From: Narcine bancroftii
Taxonomy: Eukaryota
Direction of reading: 5' to 3'
Assembly: GCF_036971445.1 (NCBI RefSeq)
Contig: NC_091480.1
Location: forward strand, 15,066,001-15,130,000
Length of the DNA: 64,000 nt
The position numbers and the translations under genes are program-made. The notes beneath the pieces were generated by a model. The model searched no databases and was not told where the DNA came from. It saw only the letters and a program-made list of their open reading frames with translations. Position 1 is the first letter of the stretch, and each line of letters begins with the position of its first letter. Of the stretch, positions 61,020 to 64,000 are shown in pieces.

Positions 61020-61375
61020 ACTAAAAAAACACAAGGCTGGAGAAACCCAGCAGGTCAAGCAGTGTCCTTTTTATAGCAAAGAAAAAGATGCAGAACCATC
61101 ATTTTGAGCTTGAGCCCTTCATCAAGGAATGGAAAAATGTCGGCAGGCATCAAAACAAAATAATCCACTTATTACCTCCTGTCTTGGGGACTGTGCTTCT
61201 CCTCTACTATTTTGTTCAGATGCCTGCTGAGATTTTTCCTTACCTTGATGAAGGGCTCAAGCCCAAAACAATGATCTATTTTTACTATATACATTAATTA
61301 CACTGTTTGACCTTCTGAGTTTCTCCAGCCTTGTGTTTTTATTTCAACCATGGTGTCTGCAGACTTTCGTGTTTA
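61020..61375. mobile_element. Penelope-derived fold-back element with ~140-bp inverted arms
   Basis: AAAAACACAAGGCTGGAGAAACCCAGCAGGTCAA...TTGAGCCCTTCATCAAGG...GCAGGCATC versus GATGCCTGC...CCTTGATGAAGGGCTCAA...TTGACCTTCTGAGTTTCTCCAGCCTTGTGTTTTT. Confidence 0.8.
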
Positions 61376-62225
61376 ACTTTTAACTCTCAGAATGCATAGC
61401 AGGTAGGTATTCAAGTTAAATATTTATCTATATCCATCCTCCTGCTGTACTATTGCCCACTCAATTCCCTCAATTTTTGGGTGTCCCTCAAACTTTCTCA
61501 ATCTTCCCTTCTCTTCACCCCCCCACCACCCATCCCCCATGATGATCCCCTTGTCTCCTGTTTCTTGTAAAGCAAGTATTAATAAGCTGTTGGTTTCTTA
61601 GCTATCAGAAGGACAGAGTGTATTTTTTTAATTGCCAAAACGTGTCATGCTTGGTTTGTTGCAGCTGAGAATTTGGGCTCAGCTCGAACTGGCAAGAGTC
61701 CAACAAACAAAATCATTGTTCCATGAAACTTGTGTCATTTAATTTCATCTTTGTGAGGTGCTCTAGAATTTCAAGGCACAAGTTTGCACCTCAACTTTGC
61801 TCCAGGAAAAGACCAAACAATTTCTTGCATGCGTACTCGTACTTCTGCCCTTAGTTGAGCTGTGCAGAAGACTAACATTGACAATGGTAAAGAATTGCCA
61901 AGTTCTGATTTGGAAATCTGCATGGTATCTATGCAGGTAAAAGGTTAAACAATAGAAACTCTTCATTACTGAAGATTTAAATGTATATTCAAAAAATATT
62001 CAGCAATTTGTTTTCAAACCATACCCAATTGTATGAAATTTCTTTAAATTGTTTATATTTTAGACAAAGTCGTTAAGAAGGCTGATGATACATTTAATTT
62101 GATTGCGGAGGTAAAACTAATTATTTCTAGGAAAGGAATCCGGTAGCCTGAATTATTTAAATTGGAAACTATTTAAGGAATCAAGATTTTTTTTTTTAAA
62201 CAATTTTTCTTGTACTGCTTTCTAG

Positions 62226-62381
62226 GATTTGCTGTGGCACAGCACATAAACCAACAGAGCCCCTCTCCAGCATCATCCCCTTCCCCACCCTCTAGTGGCA
62301 CCATCACAACAAGTACCGGCTACAGCGATACCATCACCACCAGTGTAGCTTCCACTCCCTCAGCAGCTCAGAGTCCCGCAG
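62226..62381 (+). CDS. CLEC16A: CLEC16A coding exon (~exon 23; Ser/Pro/Thr-rich disordered tail)
   Basis: ctag|GA...GCAG|gtaatt; (G)FAVAQHINQQSPSPASSPSPPSSGTITTSTGYSDTITTSVASTPSAAQSPA. Confidence 0.93.
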
Positions 62382-62805
62382 GTAATTCTACTGCAGATTT
62401 TACATATTGATCTAGTTCACGTCAATAGCATTTCCCTTAAAAAGTAGTAAAATAAGGATATAGATTTCTCTCTCTTTTTTTGAAGTTGACTAAATTCAAA
62501 CGAGTGTCACATATTGGCGACAAGATGTGCTCCCAAAATCTAGTTGGGCTTTTGCATCTTGTTGGGCTGCATTCACAAGGAAGCTCACTGAAGTTTAGTT
62601 TCTGCTTCCCTGTGAATTATGAGTTTAACAAAGTAAAATTTATTTACCAGCCATATTTCTTGGGCAGACGTGGCTCAAAGATTGATGCAGAAGAGGTTGG
62701 AATGGGATGGTAAAATCCATACTGGGAAATTAGAGAATAATGAACTGTGTGCTGAACCAGAGTTCTCACAAATCAAATAATAGTGGAATAATAAAGTGCT
62801 GTAAG

Positions 62806-63035
62806 AGGCAACATGGTTAGCACAATGTTATTACAGTGCCAGAGAACCCAGGTTCAAAGCCAACACTGTAAGGAGTTTCTACGTGCTCCCTGTGACTGGG
62901 GGGGGGGGTTTCCTCTGGACGCTCCGGTTTCCTCTCACTGTCCATAAACGAATGGGTTTAACAGATTAATTGTTGAATTTGGGCATCACTGGCTCTTGGG
63001 CCAGAAGGGCCTGTTACCATGCTGTATCTCTAGAT
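62806..63035 (+). mobile_element. tRNA-derived V-SINE
   Basis: GGTTAGCACAATGTTATTACAGTGCCAG...GGTTCAAA...GGGTTTCCTCTGGACGCTCCGGTTTCCTC...GGGCCAGAAGGGCCTGTTACCATGCTGTATCTCTA. Confidence 0.8.
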
Positions 63036-63229
63036 GTATTTTTAAATTTATGGGGAATAAGAAGAGGAGAGGGAGTGTGGGTGGAGAATACTTGGATGGG
63101 AATTCAGTGCTGCCGCTTCAGTCGTCTGGAGTGGAACAAGATGAAGATGGAGCTAGAAAATGATTGGACTAAAAATCATCAGATTCCATTAAGAATGAAA
63201 ACAACTCGAGTTATTGCACAAAATAAAAG

Positions 63230-64000
63230 GATTAAAAGGACTAAAAATTAAAGATAATATGCAATGCTGTATGTCAAAACATTTATAACAGGGTGACAAA
63301 TTAATTAGGTCGTAGAAATAGATTAAGTGGGTATGATGTGGTAGCTATGATGGAAAACTGGCTGCAAGGTGACTAAGGCTGGAAACAAAATATACAATGG
63401 TGCTCAGTATTTTGGAAGGACAAGCAAAAAGGAAAATGAGGTGAAATGGCATTTTTAATTAAAGGATGATATCAGTGCAGTGATGAAGAATATTGGGTCT
63501 GAAAGAGGAGATGTGAAGTTGGTCTGAGTGCATCTAAAAAGCAGATGATATTGTTGAGAGGCTCAACTAACAACAGGGATCTAACAAAAGGGACGACAAA
63601 CAATAAATTAAGATGCCTATAGCAAGGGTCCCCACAGTAATCATGGGTAACTTCAAACTACCTACAGAGTGGCCAAACCAAATCAGCATTAATACTTTTG
63701 GATTGTTTCCAGGAATAATATCTCAGGCAGCTAACTAAGGATCAGGCTATCTTAGGTTTGGGTATTGTGGAACGAGGAAGGTTTACCTTCAAAATCATGT
63801 GGAGGGTCCTTTTGGGTGTCCATAACATGATGGAAATCTTCATTGAGAGGGAATGTGAAATAATTCGATCCAAAACTGGTACACCGAATCTAAATTTTGA
63901 AAGTTTAAAGATTGAATTAATGTGATAGATTGGGGAGGCTATGATGGTAGATGGGACAAAAAATGGAGTAACCCTAAGCTGACAATGAACTTAAAGTTTG
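63230..64000 (+). mobile_element. Degenerate CR1 LINE, endonuclease region
   Basis: Remnants of YDVVA.ETWL, IMGNF and CR1 APE-region text; many frameshifts. Confidence 0.55.

Overview
Vertebrate genomic DNA, most likely from a cartilaginous fish (inferred from the repeat mix: V-SINEs, CR1, Rex1/Babar, Penelope and RTE). The + strand carries 11 internal coding exons of CLEC16A (924-62381). By recall these match human exons ~13-23; all have GT-AG boundaries and compatible phases, and the first and last exons lie outside the window. The introns are full of transposable elements. Main points: (1) a full-length, ORF-intact L1 (32865-38902, 16-bp TSD) inserted into an old Rex1/Babar copy; (2) a second L1-family element (42031-44400, 14-bp TSD) that keeps ORF1, both termini and a 5' YY1 motif but has only three short scraps of ORF2, i.e. 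a HAL1-like 'half-L1' candidate outside mammals; (3) many Penelope-derived fold-back elements with a variant minimal hammerhead-like motif; (4) a 5S rRNA-derived SINE family; (5) a CpG-rich, apparently non-repetitive intronic segment (45800-46700) with tandem IRF-type, YY1 and Sp1 motifs. Repeat boundaries without a TSD are approximate. No database searches were run.
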